From NCBI GenBank assembly GCA_003427395.1, contig BFEA01000037.1, positions 73,747-137,746 of the forward strand: a stretch of 64,000 nt of DNA. Direction: 5' to 3'. Shown here one piece after another: positions 63,037 to 64,000 of the stretch (within the stretch, counting starts at the first letter, position 1; every line of letters begins with the position of its first letter). Source of the DNA: Chara braunii. Lineage: Eukaryota; Plantae; Charophyceae. A program made the translations under genes and the position numbers. Below the pieces are notes generated by a model, which saw only the letters and a program-made list of their open reading frames with translations, searched no databases and was not told the DNA's origin.

Positions 63037-64000
63037 TCCCATGCCCATCTCTCTTTCTCTTGCTGAGGCAAAAGGGAGGTGGATATGGAGCACGGAGCAG
63101 AAGGAAAACGAAAAAGAAAAAGAATCCCTCCTCTCTCTCTTTCTCTAAGGCAAACAGATACTGACCAGCGAAGGATGTCATTTCAGCTGTGGTGCTGCAG
63201 GTAGGGCCCTTTGTGGCTATGTCGTCCGCAGGTAAGCCCTCCAGCTGTGGTGCTCATCAGGTGAGTCCTCCCTCTACCTCAGCACCTATCTGGCCTCTGC
63301 TTCGCTGCACTCCTGTCTCTACTACTCTACCCTAGCGCTACTCCTCTAATGCTATGTCCCAGCAGCATGCCGACTGTGGGATACACTTACTTCTCCCATT
63401 GAACATACGTAATTTCGATTCCTGAAAGGCCTTCCACGATTGAGGCCCCAAATTTGGGTCACAGGGTCAAAGGCCGTGGCCAAGAAAGGCCGAATTAGTC
63501 AAATTCAGAAAAATCACAGTCGGGTACCTCAGCAGTCCAGTCCAACAGGCACCCAGCAAACGGTCACATCTTAGGGGCAAGAATCACGTTTCATAATGGA
63601 AAGTCATATTGAAGAGTCACAGCCCACAAGTAAAAGGGCAGTTTCACAGGCAAGAGTCATGTCCCAGAGGCAGGAGTCACAGTCAGTCAAATCCATATGC
63701 CAAAATCGAAAAGTCATGAGTCAAAGGCCCAAGCAGCAGCAGACCAATGGAAATTCGGGAAGGTTCCGGACCTTGACATTTGGAAGCAGACAGGCCATGG
63801 GAATGTGGTACCGGAACCCAGTCAGGTCCCAAGAAGCAGAGGCTGGCACGAGTTGAAGTGCAATCCAAAACTACAAAAGGACTGGCCAGCCTCCCATTCG
63901 GGCAGATTGCTCATTCGCATGAAGTGTTGAAGTGCTGGTGCACTTGTGCGCTATTGTGAGGGGCAGAGCGCTGAAGCCAGAGTACTGCGCTAAGAGAGAG

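Overview
This is a eukaryotic window made almost entirely of nested, mostly decayed transposable elements. I found no confident host gene. The element mix (Gypsy/chromovirus, DUF659-type hAT, GIY-YIG+RT Penelope-like element, microsatellites, N-gaps) suggests a repeat-rich streptophyte alga such as Chara; that is an inference. Left to right: (1) a minus-strand non-autonomous LTR element (1-7450) whose PBS position holds the 3' half of U6 snRNA; (2) related element fragments sharing a ~450-nt covarying structured leader (4 copies), plus an array of hairpins with a fixed 20-nt loop and swapped stems (16171-16866); (3) a decayed plus-strand Gypsy gag-pol (23.3-28.4 kb); (4) a hAT element (28.6-42.2 kb) carrying a Penelope-like element with hammerhead ribozymes and a possible UGA-CGG readthrough between a CCHC ORF and GIY-YIG-RT; (5) a chromovirus 3' end with a duplicated chromodomain; (6) a full-length minus-strand chromovirus (44959-61078) whose gag is split by a second hAT; (7) minisatellites. 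A Nextera junction adapter at 9092-9129 marks a local assembly artefact.
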